A stretch of 53,327 nt of DNA from Clostridia bacterium (lineage in GTDB: Bacteria > Bacillota > Clostridia > Oscillospirales > CAG-382). The notes beneath the pieces are model-generated. The model did no database searches, had not been told where the DNA came from, and saw only the letters and a program-made list of their open reading frames with translations. The stretch covers positions 1-53,327 of the forward strand of contig JAFXDO010000037.1 in assembly GCA_017563195.1 (NCBI GenBank), written 5' to 3'. Made by a program: the position numbers and the translations under genes. Positions 26,930-36,831 of this stretch are shown piece after piece (within the stretch, counting starts at the first letter, position 1; every line of letters begins with the position of its first letter).

Positions 26930-26965
26930 AAAAAGGAGAAGCATCGCGCTTCTCCTTTTGTTTTT
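26930..26965. terminator. Bidirectional terminator
   Basis: aaaaggagaagc-atcgc-gcttctcctttt. Confidence 0.85.
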
Positions 26966-26971
26966 GAAATA

Positions 26972-28000
26972 TTAAAGCTTTTCTGCCAATTCGAGAACTA
27001 ATTTTTCGGTCTTTTCCCAGCCGAGGCAGGGGTCGGTAATCGACTTACCGAAGACGTGCTCGCCGATCTTCTGGGCGCCGTCCTCGATATAGCTTTCGAT
27101 CATCAAGCCCTTTACGAGCTTTTTGACGTCGTTGTTATACTTACGGCTTTCGACTATCTCGTTGGATATTCTTATCTGCTCGAGGTAGCGCTTGCCGGAG
27201 TTATTGTGGTTGGTGTCAACGATTACGCTCGGGTTTGCAAGTCCCGATGCAAGGTAAAGTTCGTTAAGCTTTACGAGGTCCTCATAGTGATAGTTGGAAA
27301 CGCTCTTGCCTGCAAAGTCGACGTAGCCGCGAAGGATCGCGTGTGCATAAGGGTTGCCTGCGCTCTTTACCTCCCAGCCGCGGTAGATAAAGGTATGGCT
27401 CGCGTGTGCGGCACGGATGGAATTCATCATTACGGTAAGATCGCCGCCCGTGGGGTTCTTCATACCGACGGGAACGTCGAGGCCGCTTGCGGTAAGGCGG
27501 TGCTGCTGGTCCTCAGCCGATCTTGCACCGACTGCAACGTATGCGAGCAGGTCGGAGAGATAGCGGTGGTTTTCAGGATAAAGCATTTCGTCCGCACAAG
27601 TGAAGCCGTAGTCCTTTAGCGCGCTCATATGGAGCTCGCGGATAGCAACGATACCCTTGTACATATCGGGCTTTTCATCGGGGTCGGGCTGATGGAGCAT
27701 ACCCTTGTAGCCCTCGCCCGTGGTGCGGGGCTTGTTTGTATAGATTCGGGGGATTATGAATATTTTGTCCTCTACCTTATCCTGAAGCAGACGGAGTCTC
27801 GAGATATATTCGAGCACCGGCTCGCGGTGGTCTGCCGAGCAGGGACCGATAACGAGAATAAATTTATCGGACTCACCCTTGAATATCGCCTGTATCTCCT
27901 CATCACGCGCGTCCTTTGTCGCCTTCATTTCGGGACTGACGGGGTAATCCTGCTTAACCTGCTGAGGAATAGGCAGCTTGCGGAAGAATTCCATGTTCAT
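26972..28000 (-). CDS. aroF: 3-deoxy-7-phosphoheptulonate (DAHP) synthase, class I
   Basis: IGPCS, KPRTTG, VGARS, GMKN, SITDPCLGW. Confidence 0.92.
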   Translation of the reverse strand: MNMEFFRKLPIPQQVKQDYPVSPEMKATKDARDEEIQAIFKGESDKFILVIGPCSADHREPVLEYISRLRLLQDKVEDKIFIIPRIYTNKPRTTGEGYKGMLHQPDPDEKPDMYKGIVAIRELHMSALKDYGFTCADEMLYPENHRYLSDLLAYVAVGARSAEDQQHRLTASGLDVPVGMKNPTGGDLTVMMNSIRAAHASHTFIYRGWEVKSAGNPYAHAILRGYVDFAGKSVSNYHYEDLVKLNELYLASGLANPSVIVDTNHNNSGKRYLEQIRISNEIVESRKYNNDVKKLVKGLMIESYIEDGAQKIGEHVFGKSITDPCLGWEKTEKLVLELAEKL

Positions 28001-28020
28001 GATTAGTGCCTCTTTTTTGC

Positions 28021-28884
28021 TTATTTCTTTTCTTTATTGAATTTGCGGCGGCGTGCTGTGGAAAGTCGCATCATATCGCGCATTTCCTCGCGGTCTCCGT
28101 TTTTGATAGTGTCATAAAGCTTATCGAAGGATCTGCGGTAATTATCCATCTCCTCGAGAAGCGTTTCTCTGTTTGCCAAGAACAGCTCCGACCACATTTC
28201 GTCGTTGATGTTCGCAATTCGGGTAAGATCCCTGAACGAGTCGCCGGTATAGCGCTCAAGGTCGGGCTCATCGCATGCGCACATAAGCGAAACCGCGATG
28301 CAGTGGGTAAGCTGAGACAGAAACGCGATCATTTTGTCGTGCTTCTTGGGGCTGAGCACAGATATCTCACGGAAGCCGAGCGTCTCGCCCAGATCGCCGC
28401 AAAGCTCTACCGTATCGAGAGAATTTTGCTCGGTCGGGACAACAATGTAGTTGGCGTTTTTGAATATCGACTCGTCGGCGAATTCCACACCCGCGGTCTC
28501 CTTGCCCGCCATAGGGTGAGCAGCTATAAACTCTACCCCCTGCGGAAGCATGGACTGTATCTCGTAAACTATGCATTCCTTTACGCCGGTAACGTCGGTG
28601 ATAACCGTCTTCGGTGCGATAAGATGCCCGTACTGCTTTATCCAATCGACGAAAATATGAGGATACAGGGCGAAGACGATTATATCCGCTTCTTTTATGA
28701 GCGACTCGTCAACGAACGAGGAGCCCTTGGTTATCAGATCGTGCTCGACAGCGTAGTCGATGGTCGACTGCTTTCTGGTGATCGCGGTCACGTAATATCC
28801 CTGCCGCGTAAGGCTTTGAGCATAGCTACCGCCCAAAAGACCGAGGCCAACGATCAATATTTTTTTAGATTTATCAAGTTTCAT
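28021..28884 (-). CDS. tyrA: Prephenate dehydrogenase
   Basis: GLGLLGGS, HPMAGKE, HDKMIAFLSQLTH, SFRDLTRIA. Confidence 0.93.
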   Translation of the reverse strand: MKLDKSKKILIVGLGLLGGSYAQSLTRQGYYVTAITRKQSTIDYAVEHDLITKGSSFVDESLIKEADIIVFALYPHIFVDWIKQYGHLIAPKTVITDVTGVKECIVYEIQSMLPQGVEFIAAHPMAGKETAGVEFADESIFKNANYIVVPTEQNSLDTVELCGDLGETLGFREISVLSPKKHDKMIAFLSQLTHCIAVSLMCACDEPDLERYTGDSFRDLTRIANINDEMWSELFLANRETLLEEMDNYRRSFDKLYDTIKNGDREEMRDMMRLSTARRRKFNKEKK

Positions 28885-30092
28885 ATCCGTTCCAGCTTAA
28901 CGTTTAATTTTTCTATATCGTCAAAGAAGCCCCTATAGCTCTTTCCGCAAGCCTCGGCATCCTTGATCTCGCCGCCCGTAAGCGTGCAGAGCACGGCAAG
29001 CGACATAACTATGCGATGATCGTTATGGGCATCGAGTACTTCGGTCGGGGTCTTCAGCTCGGCGTCGCAAACGCTAACGCTGTTTTCCTTGACGATGACG
29101 GGAACACCGAATTTTGCAAGCTCAGTCGCCATTGCCTCGGCACGGTCGCTTTCTTTGATCTTAAGTCTTGCCGTGCCCGTAAACTCGGCGCCGCCCTTTG
29201 CCGAAGCCACGGCAAAAAGGATGGGTGCCAGATCGGGGCAATCGGACAGATCGAAGTGTCTCTCCCCTCTTTCCATCGCCGCGAAAATATCCTTATAAAC
29301 CCTGTCGCCCTGATGGGTCGAGTCGGAGATGCCGTTAACCGTGACGTCGCCGCCGAGGAAGTCAAGCGCCTGCAGGAACGCCGCATTCGAGCAATCACTC
29401 TCGACCGTATATTCGCTGCTTTGGTACCTTTGGTTACCGAGTATCACGAATCGATTCCCGTTGCGGGTGACCTTAATGCCAAATTCGGCTAGCGTATCAA
29501 GCGTCAGATCGACGTATGATGCGCTTTCGAACTTACCGGTGACCTCGATTATGCTGACACCGTCGAGCAGAGGGAGCGCAAAAAGCAGACCCGTTATGAA
29601 CTGGCTCGAAATATCGCCGGGAACCTTATAAATACCGCTCTTCAGCTTTCCGCATAGAGTAACGGAATTTTTGGATTTCTCAAAGAGGATGCCCTGCTCG
29701 CGGCAGATGTCCTCGTAAACTCCGAGAGGTCGCTCGAAAAGCCGTTCCGCACCGCGAAGCGTGATCCTTTTTCCGCAAAGCAGGCAAAGAGGAATCAGGA
29801 AGCGAAGCGTGCTTCCGCTTTCGACGCAGTCGAGCTCGGTATCGGTTTTCGGATCAAACGGGTTGAAATTGCCTATCTTGACCTTCAAGCCGTGAACGCA
29901 GATGTCGGCTCCGAGATTGCAAAGACAATTAAGCGTCGCACCGACGTCCCCCGACTGATGTCCGCCGAAGACGTTATAAAGCGTACTTCCGCCCGAGAGT
30001 GCTCCGCAGATCAGGGCGCGGTGCGACAGACTTTTTGAGGGCGGCGCGGTTATTTCACCGCTTGCCCTCGAGGGGTATATTTTGACGTTCAT
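28881..30092 (-). CDS. aroA: EPSP synthase
   Basis: PPSKSLSHR, ESGSTLRF, SSQFITGLL, KESDR, HNDHRI. Start at MNVK. Confidence 0.95.
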   Translation of the reverse strand: MNVKIYPSRASGEITAPPSKSLSHRALICGALSGGSTLYNVFGGHQSGDVGATLNCLCNLGADICVHGLKVKIGNFNPFDPKTDTELDCVESGSTLRFLIPLCLLCGKRITLRGAERLFERPLGVYEDICREQGILFEKSKNSVTLCGKLKSGIYKVPGDISSQFITGLLFALPLLDGVSIIEVTGKFESASYVDLTLDTLAEFGIKVTRNGNRFVILGNQRYQSSEYTVESDCSNAAFLQALDFLGGDVTVNGISDSTHQGDRVYKDIFAAMERGERHFDLSDCPDLAPILFAVASAKGGAEFTGTARLKIKESDRAEAMATELAKFGVPVIVKENSVSVCDAELKTPTEVLDAHNDHRIVMSLAVLCTLTGGEIKDAEACGKSYRGFFDDIEKLNVKLERI

Positions 30093-30094
30093 AA

Positions 30095-30520
30095 TTACTC
30101 TCCAAGCAGAAAATCGATAGCCTCGGTATATCCGTCGAAGCCATGTCCGCATATGGTTTTTTGACAGTAAGCGCGAACGTAGCTTATCTGTCTGAAATCC
30201 TCGCGCTTGGACATGTCGGAGATATGTACCTCGACTGTCGGAATGCTGACCGACTTAAGCGCATCGAGGATCGCGACGCTTGTGTGAGTATACGCCGCGG
30301 GGTTGATGACAATGCCGTCGGTATTACCGTAGGCAGACTGTATCTTATCGACGATATCGCCCTCGTGGTTCGATTGAAAGAGCTCGATTTCGATGCCTCT
30401 GTCGTTGGCGTGTGCGCGTATTTTATCGCAAAGATCGGCATAGGTGGAATTGCCGTATACCGACGGCTCGCGAATGCCGAGCATATTGATGTTCGGCCCG
30501 TTAATTACAAGAATTTTCAT
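30095..30520 (-). CDS. aroQ: Type II 3-dehydroquinate dehydratase
   Basis: NGPNINMLG.REP..YG, QSNHEG, NPAAYTHTS, EVHIS. Confidence 0.95.
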   Translation of the reverse strand: MKILVINGPNINMLGIREPSVYGNSTYADLCDKIRAHANDRGIEIELFQSNHEGDIVDKIQSAYGNTDGIVINPAAYTHTSVAILDALKSVSIPTVEVHISDMSKREDFRQISYVRAYCQKTICGHGFDGYTEAIDFLLGE

Positions 30521-31754
30521 ATTTAAGATCCTCCAGGATCGCATTTGCATTTAACTGCTTACCGTCGACTGCGACTATTCGCTTATCACAGCAGGAGCAA
30601 TATATTTCGTAGCGTTCGTCATAACGCTTCTTAAGGCTTTCGTACGTCGAAGAAAGCGGTCTGTCGCTCGTGATGCAAAGATGCTCTATATCACGGTCAA
30701 GGAAATAAATCCTGCCGTTCGAACGAAGATTATCGATATTTTCTTTTCTCAGAATCGCACCGCCGCCGGTGGAAATAACTCGAGACTGAAGCTTCGAAAC
30801 GTCTTTAATTACCTCGGACTCGATATCGCGGAACGCAGGCTCGCCCGATTCGGTGATGATCTCGTTGGGAGTTCTTCCGGTACGTGCTTGGATCTCCTTG
30901 TCGGTATCGACGAATTCAAAGCCGAGTGCCTCGGCAATGAGCCTGCCGGTGCTTGTTTTTCCACAGCCCGGCATTCCGACGATAACGACGTTTTGCTTCG
31001 CAGCGAGCATATCGCGGAATATTTCGTCGACACGCTCCTTTTCGACCGTCTTATCGACAAAAAGCTCAGCCGCATACGCCGCCTGTGCGACGAGCATATA
31101 CAGCCCACCGACCGCCTTGACGCCTTTATTCAGCGCATCTGTAACAAGCTTACTTCTCAACGGATTGTACACGGCGTCGACAACAGCCTCAAGTCTCGGG
31201 TAATCGTTCACGTCAACCGCCGCAACGCCTGTTTCGGGAAACATTCCGCAGGGCGTCGTGTTTATTATGACCTCGGCATCGGAATGTAACGTTCGTGCAT
31301 TTTCATACGTTATGCAACCGTCCCTACCGCTGCGCGAAACGCGATAAGCGTCTACACAGCCAAGCTCACGTGCAACGAACATAGCGGTCTTTGAGGTACC
31401 ACCGCTGCCGAGAACAAGAAACTTTTTACCCGAAAGCTCGATCCCCTCACGTCTTATCATCGCGAGCATTCCCATGAAGTCGGTATTGTAGCCGTAAAGC
31501 TTGCCTCCGCGTTTCACAACGGTGTTTACAGCGCCTATCTCCAACGCCTTGGGGTTGACATAATCAAGAAACGGAATGACCGCCTCCTTGTAAGGTATCG
31601 TCACGTTTATCGCATCGAACTCGCGTGTTTTCAGGAATTCATCAAGAGAGTCGCGACTTATCGCCTTCAGCTCGTAATCGTAGCCGAAGAGTCTTTTGTG
31701 AATATCCGCAGAAAAGCTGTGACCTACTCTCTCGGCTATTAATCCGTATTTCAT
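30501..31754 (-). CDS. aroE: Shikimate dehydrogenase-shikimate kinase fusion
   Basis: N-terminal HSFS, NVTIPYK, GAVNT, NTD, LGSGG. C-terminal GMPGCGKT, FRDIE, STGGG, RPL. Confidence 0.9.
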   Translation of the reverse strand: MKYGLIAERVGHSFSADIHKRLFGYDYELKAISRDSLDEFLKTREFDAINVTIPYKEAVIPFLDYVNPKALEIGAVNTVVKRGGKLYGYNTDFMGMLAMIRREGIELSGKKFLVLGSGGTSKTAMFVARELGCVDAYRVSRSGRDGCITYENARTLHSDAEVIINTTPCGMFPETGVAAVDVNDYPRLEAVVDAVYNPLRSKLVTDALNKGVKAVGGLYMLVAQAAYAAELFVDKTVEKERVDEIFRDMLAAKQNVVIVGMPGCGKTSTGRLIAEALGFEFVDTDKEIQARTGRTPNEIITESGEPAFRDIESEVIKDVSKLQSRVISTGGGAILRKENIDNLRSNGRIYFLDRDIEHLCITSDRPLSSTYESLKKRYDERYEIYCSCCDKRIVAVDGKQLNANAILEDLKYENSCN

Positions 31755-32842
31755 TTTGCCAACCAGTCCGTTCCGTATTTACCCGAAAGCGCGTCGGCAA
31801 TTACCAAGGCGGTGACGCAATCGACGACTATACGTGCACGGTGTACGATGCAAGGATCGTGTCTTCCCGCAGCAGAAAGCGTCGCGCTTTCTATGTTTAC
31901 ATAATCAATTGTTTCCTGTTCCTTGGATATGGTGGGAGTGGGCTTTACTGCAGATCTGAAAACTATGGGCATTCCGTTCGTGATGCCGCCGTTTATGCCG
32001 CCTGCATTGTTGGTCTTGGTGCAAACCCTGCCGGACTCGATACAGAACGCATCGTTTGCCTCGGAGCCGCGCATTCTTGCAAATTCAAAGCCCGCGCCGA
32101 ATTCTATTCCCTTGATAGCCGGAATCGAGAAGACCGCGTGGGATATCATACCCTCGAGAGTGTCGAACCAGGGCTCGCCGATGCCTGCGTCAAGACCTAC
32201 GACCGCGGTTTCGAGCACTCCGCCGACTGAGTCGCCTTCCGACCTTGCATCAAGTATCCTTGCTTTCATTGCGTCTGCCTTTTCGGTATCGAGCACGGCA
32301 AATTCCATGCCGCTCAACACCTTAATATCATCGCAAATATCGCCAAAATCTCTATCACTCACGCCCGCACATTCCTTTACGTGTGTGCCGATAAAAATGC
32401 CTTTTCTGTTCAGCGCGGGGATCAATATGCCGCCTGCGGCTACAAGCGCTGCGGTTATCCTGCCGCTGAAATGTCCGCCGCCGCGATAATCCTCGTACCC
32501 GCTATATCTGACGTGTGCGGTATAGTCTGCATGAGAAGGACGTGCAAGGCGAGCCATAGCGCCGTAATCGGCAGATCGAGTGTCCTTGTTGGGTATCGTT
32601 ATGCATATCGGTGTGCCGGTGGTACGTCCGTTGAACACGCCGCTGAGTATTTCGAATTTATCCTCTTCTCTTCTCGCCGTCGAGATCGCGCCGGCGGGTC
32701 TGCGAAGAGAAAGCAGTCTTGATATCTCGTCTTCGTTCACCTCAAGCCCCGAGGCGATGCCGTCGATAACGCAGCCTATGGCATTACCGTGGCTTTCGCC
32801 GAACAGTGTGAGGGTTACGTTATTACCGAAAGTATTCTTCAT
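31751..32842 (-). CDS. aroC: Chorismate synthase
   Basis: GESHG, RPSHAD, GGGHFSGR, NNAGGINGG, GRHDPC. Confidence 0.96.
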   Translation of the reverse strand: MKNTFGNNVTLTLFGESHGNAIGCVIDGIASGLEVNEDEISRLLSLRRPAGAISTARREEDKFEILSGVFNGRTTGTPICITIPNKDTRSADYGAMARLARPSHADYTAHVRYSGYEDYRGGGHFSGRITAALVAAGGILIPALNRKGIFIGTHVKECAGVSDRDFGDICDDIKVLSGMEFAVLDTEKADAMKARILDARSEGDSVGGVLETAVVGLDAGIGEPWFDTLEGMISHAVFSIPAIKGIEFGAGFEFARMRGSEANDAFCIESGRVCTKTNNAGGINGGITNGMPIVFRSAVKPTPTISKEQETIDYVNIESATLSAAGRHDPCIVHRARIVVDCVTALVIADALSGKYGTDWLAK

Positions 32843-33855
32843 CAGCGAATAACCTCTCTGATCGTTTTTTCGTATTCATCGAACGCCATTTTTCGGAATT
32901 CAAAGCTGCCGATTTCGTTAACGTAAACTACCGTAATATCCTTACCCGTAAGCTTTTTATCGTGTGAGCAGGCGTCTATGAGCGCGTCGACGCTTTCGCC
33001 GCCAAGCTCGTAAGGAAGCTCGAGCTTCTTAAGCACGGGAATAAGCCTTTCCCTGACAGCCTGCGAGCACATAGGCACCATACCTATTGCGACGCATTCG
33101 CCGTGGTAGTAGTTTTCCATGCCGTTGGCAGTCTCTACAGCGTGTGCAAGAGTGTGTCCGAAATTCAACACTCTGCGGAGGCCCGATTCCTTTTCATCCT
33201 CCTCTACAACGCTTTTCTTAATCATCAGCGAGCGCTCGATGATCGTATCGATCGCTTCGTCAACGTCAGCATTTTCAAATATATCAAAAAGAGTCGCGTC
33301 GCTAGTCAACGACATCTTCAGCGCCTCGGAAAGACCGTTGGAGACCTGACGCTTCGGAAGCGTTTTAAGCGTTTCGGGGTCGATTATGACCTTCTTCGGC
33401 GGATAAAACGCACCGACTATATTTTTTATGCCCATAAAATCAACAGCGGTCTTACCGCCGATGGAGGAATCCACCTGCGATAACAGCGTCGTGGGGATAT
33501 TTATAAAATCTATTCCGCGCATATACGCACTTGCGGTGAAGCCCGCAAGGTCTCCGACAACACCGCCGCCGACCGCTATTACTCTGTCGGAGCGGGTAAA
33601 GCCGTATTCGACGAGCTTAGAAAGCAGATGCTTAAAGCTATCGAGAGTTTTTGATGCCTCACCCTGCTCTATCGTAACGGTGTATGCGCTTTCGCATTTC
33701 TCGGCAACCGACTCTGCATACCGAGACGGAACCCCGCTGTCGGTGACGACCAGCGTTTTACCCGAAAGGCAGAGGTACTCTTCTATTTTGCCGATTGCGC
33801 CTCTTTCGAGGATTATATCGTATCCGCCCGTCGAGGTTTTTACCGGAATTATCAT
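32842..33855 (-). CDS. aroB: 3-dehydroquinate synthase
   Basis: GGGVVGDLAGF, PTTLLSQVDSSIGGKT, LNFGHT, HGECVAIG. Confidence 0.96.
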   Translation of the reverse strand: MIIPVKTSTGGYDIILERGAIGKIEEYLCLSGKTLVVTDSGVPSRYAESVAEKCESAYTVTIEQGEASKTLDSFKHLLSKLVEYGFTRSDRVIAVGGGVVGDLAGFTASAYMRGIDFINIPTTLLSQVDSSIGGKTAVDFMGIKNIVGAFYPPKKVIIDPETLKTLPKRQVSNGLSEALKMSLTSDATLFDIFENADVDEAIDTIIERSLMIKKSVVEEDEKESGLRRVLNFGHTLAHAVETANGMENYYHGECVAIGMVPMCSQAVRERLIPVLKKLELPYELGGESVDALIDACSHDKKLTGKDITVVYVNEIGSFEFRKMAFDEYEKTIREVIR

Positions 33856-33873
33856 TATGAACGCTCCAATTCG

Positions 33874-34962
33874 CTAAATTTTGATTTCCTTTTCGTAGCT
33901 TGCGATTATCTTTACGCTGCTGCAGCAGGAGCTGAGATCGGCAAGCATCGCCTTTCCCTCGAACGTTCCGAGGTTACCGTCGCCCTCTGCATAGAAGTAA
34001 TATTCCCAGTTAAGATCCTTTGTGGGACGGCTCTTAAGCGCACGGAGATTAAAGCCGTGCTCGCCGATGACCGAAACGGCACGACCGAGCGAGCCTGCCG
34101 TATTGTTAACCGTAAAGAGCATAATGAAGTGCTTGTCGTTTGCGGCGAAATCGCGGTGATTACGTGAAAATACGGCGAATCTCGTGGTGTTGTTTCCGCT
34201 TTCGTTGATTCTGCCCTCGAGCTTGACGAGCCCGAACTTCTCCGCAGCCTCCTCACTTCCGATCGCGGCAAGATTCTTCCTCCCCGATTCGGCAACCACC
34301 TTTGCGGCAACCGCGGTATTGACCGCCTCGACCGGCTCAAAGCCGTGCTTTTCAATATATTGGGCACACTGACCCAGAGCCTGAGGATGAGAAATGACCT
34401 GCTCGATATCTTCGATCGTGCTGCCCTTCGGTCCGAGAAGATTTTGAACTATTTCCGCTTCATAAACTCCATTTATGTACAAAGCACCGAAGAAGGCGAG
34501 ATCAAGCACCTTGCCGACGTCTCCGTTGAAGCTGTTTTCTACGGGAAGCAGGGCGCAATCGCATTCACCCGAAAGCGCCGCATTATATGCCGCCGCGAAA
34601 TCGGGATATCCTATGCAAGTGGCATCGGGGAAAATCTTCTCCGCCGCAATGTTAGCAAACGCGCCGACGACGCCGCTGTATGCAACTCGCATACCGTCGA
34701 GAAGTCTATGCTGATATCGCTTGGAAACCTCAATGTTATTTCTCAGAAAATCCACGTAATAGGAACGGTAATCGTCGTTTTCGACTATTTCGGAGTTCTT
34801 TGCGATTATATCCGCCTCTCTGCCGAGGTCGTCAACGGGAAGCCCGTGCTCCTTTTTGTAATGCGCAACCATTCTTACCGCGTCCATACGCTGCTCAAAC
34901 AGCTTCGCCATTTCCCTATCGGTCGCGTTGATAATATTCCGTGCCTTATCCAGTTCGGTCAT
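33874..34962 (-). CDS. pheA: Chorismate mutase / prephenate dehydratase (P-protein) with ACT domain
   Basis: CM domain R..I...D....LF..R, PVENS..G, SHPQALGQC, NTTRF, SRP...WEYYF. Confidence 0.92.
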   Translation of the reverse strand: MTELDKARNIINATDREMAKLFEQRMDAVRMVAHYKKEHGLPVDDLGREADIIAKNSEIVENDDYRSYYVDFLRNNIEVSKRYQHRLLDGMRVAYSGVVGAFANIAAEKIFPDATCIGYPDFAAAYNAALSGECDCALLPVENSFNGDVGKVLDLAFFGALYINGVYEAEIVQNLLGPKGSTIEDIEQVISHPQALGQCAQYIEKHGFEPVEAVNTAVAAKVVAESGRKNLAAIGSEEAAEKFGLVKLEGRINESGNNTTRFAVFSRNHRDFAANDKHFIMLFTVNNTAGSLGRAVSVIGEHGFNLRALKSRPTKDLNWEYYFYAEGDGNLGTFEGKAMLADLSSCCSSVKIIASYEKEIKI

Positions 34963-34976
34963 AATGCTCTCCTTCA

Positions 34977-35033
34977 AAATAAAAAATCCGCCATCATATG
35001 CTTCAAAAGAGCATAGCGGATGCGGACTGCCGT
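34977..35033 (-). terminator. Attenuator terminator of the aro/phe/tyr operon
   Basis: Minus strand agtccgcatccgctatgct-cttttga-agcatatgatggcggat followed by a U-run just before the pheA RBS. Confidence 0.75.
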
Positions 35034-35049
35034 TTGTAGTGAACCTTGC

Positions 35050-35112
35050 TTACGCGTTCAGAGCAGACGAGCAGTCCTTTATAAAATAATAAAAGTATGC
35101 GTTAAAGAACAT
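35050..35112 (-). CDS. Phe/Tyr-rich leader peptide MFFNAYFYYFIKDCSSALNA
   Basis: AAAGGAG RBS. 4 Phe and 3 Tyr among the first 10 codons. Lies between the promoter and the terminator upstream of pheA. Confidence 0.85.
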   Translation of the reverse strand: MFFNAYFYYFIKDCSSALNA

Positions 35113-35148
35113 CTCGTGTACTCCTTTCGTGAAAACTAAGATGCGTTC

Positions 35149-35177
35149 ATAATAGTACTTTTTTTGCAATTTGTCAA
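35149..35177 (-). promoter_or_regulatory. Sigma-A promoter of the aromatic amino acid operon
   Basis: TTGACA-17 bp-TATTAT. Confidence 0.75.
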
Positions 35178-35347
35178 TAGTAAATTGCAATTTTATGAGC
35201 GTTTATTCCATAATAATCCTATTATTTTCATAATTTTTGCAATTTTGTAACCTCCAATACACCATTTAAGTCCTTACGCTCTTGATTTTTATGCAGATAT
35301 ATAGTATAATCGATATAAGAATTCCTTTAAGAAAGCGAGGCAGTAAG

Positions 35348-36703
35348 ATGAAGTATTCCGACATCACTCCTTATATTGCCGAAATGGCGGAGATCTCAAA
35401 CCGCAACAATCATATAGAGCCTTCAATGTACGTCCATCACTGCGTAAACAAGGGCTTGCGCGATATGAACGGCAACGGCGTCGTTACCGGACTTACCGAA
35501 ATATCAAAGATCAAGGCAAAGGCCACCGACGAAAACGGCGCGGTCATCCCCTGCGACGGTCAGCTTTGCTACCGCGGTATCGACGTGCGCGATCTTGTCA
35601 AGGGCTTCCAATCCGATGACCGTTTCGGATTTGAGGAGACGGTTTATCTACTTCTGTTTTCCGAGCTCCCCAACAAGGAACAGCTTGCGCGCTTTTCCAA
35701 GGAACTGACAAAATACCGCAGTCTTCCGAAATCGTTCGTACGCGATATGATACTCAAGGCACCCGGCAAGGATATGATGAATATCCTTTCGAGATGTGTG
35801 CTTGCGCTTTACGCTTACGACGATAATCCCGACGACATTTCGATACCCAACGTGCTGAGACAGAGCATGCAGCTCATTGCCATGTTCCCGCTTCTTGCCG
35901 TCTACGGTTATCAGTCCTACAGGCACTATCACCGCGGAAAGAGCCTTCACATACGTCTCCCGAAGCCTCAGTTCTCGACTGCCGAAAACCTTTTACATAT
36001 CCTTCGTAAGGACGGCACCTTTACCGACCTTGAGGCTAAGATACTGGACCTTGCAATGGTGCTTCATGCAGAGCACGGCGGCGGTAACAACTCGACCTTT
36101 ACCACCCACGTCGTCACCTCCTCGGGAACCGACACGTACTCATCGGTTGCTGCGGCGCTCGGCTCGCTCAAGGGACCGCGTCACGGCGGCGCAAACATCA
36201 AGGTCGTTAAGATGTTCGAGGATATGAAAAAGAGCATCAACGTCAAGAAGAAGGGCGAGATCGAGGATTACCTGAAGAAGCTTCTCGACAAGCAGGCGTT
36301 TGACAACGCGGGTCTTATCTACGGTATGGGACACGCAGTATATTCTCTGTCCGACCCCAGATCCGATATTCTTAAGGAATGTGCGAAGATGCTTTCCAAG
36401 GAAAAGGGCCGCGAGGAGGAATACGCGCTTTACGAAACTGTAGCCAAGATGGCACCCGAGCTTATCGCAGAAAAGCGCAAGATGTATAAGGGTGTCAGCG
36501 CGAACGTCGACTTTTACTCGGGACTTATTTATAAGATGCTCAACCTACCGAACGAGCTTTACACCCCGATCTTCGCAGTATCGCGCATCGCAGGCTGGTC
36601 GGCGCACCGCATCGAGGAGATACAGAACGCGGGCAAGATAATAAGACCCGCGTATATCAGCGTCATCGACGACAGAAAGTATATTCCGCTGAACGAAAGA
36701 TAA
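35348..36703 (+). CDS. gltA: Citrate synthase
   Basis: LHAEHGGGNNSTF, GPRHGGAN, GMGHAVY, NVDFYSG, SRIAGWSAH. Confidence 0.9.
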   Translation: MKYSDITPYIAEMAEISNRNNHIEPSMYVHHCVNKGLRDMNGNGVVTGLTEISKIKAKATDENGAVIPCDGQLCYRGIDVRDLVKGFQSDDRFGFEETVYLLLFSELPNKEQLARFSKELTKYRSLPKSFVRDMILKAPGKDMMNILSRCVLALYAYDDNPDDISIPNVLRQSMQLIAMFPLLAVYGYQSYRHYHRGKSLHIRLPKPQFSTAENLLHILRKDGTFTDLEAKILDLAMVLHAEHGGGNNSTFTTHVVTSSGTDTYSSVAAALGSLKGPRHGGANIKVVKMFEDMKKSINVKKKGEIEDYLKKLLDKQAFDNAGLIYGMGHAVYSLSDPRSDILKECAKMLSKEKGREEEYALYETVAKMAPELIAEKRKMYKGVSANVDFYSGLIYKMLNLPNELYTPIFAVSRIAGWSAHRIEEIQNAGKIIRPAYISVIDDRKYIPLNER

Positions 36704-36743
36704 AGAAATTTCCGTTCTGTTTTACACAGAGCGGAAATTTTCT
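36704..36743 (+). terminator. Intrinsic terminator
   Basis: aatttccgttctgt-ttt-acacagagcggaaatt followed by T-rich sequence. Confidence 0.75.
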
Positions 36744-36831
36744 GTTTCTATTAATAAATTTGTAAAAATATAGTGATTTTTTGTTTTTGTTGTGCTATAA
36801 TAGAAGCATCACAGCAATACGAGGCTTGCTT

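Noticed and set aside
22890-26930. Prophage or ICE origin for the AT-rich two-gene unit
   Set aside because: No integrase, transposase, phage genes or flanking direct repeats seen
34963-35150. T-box riboswitch upstream of pheA
   Set aside because: No AAnnnGGGTGGnACC T-box motif, and the leader is better explained by the Phe/Tyr uORF
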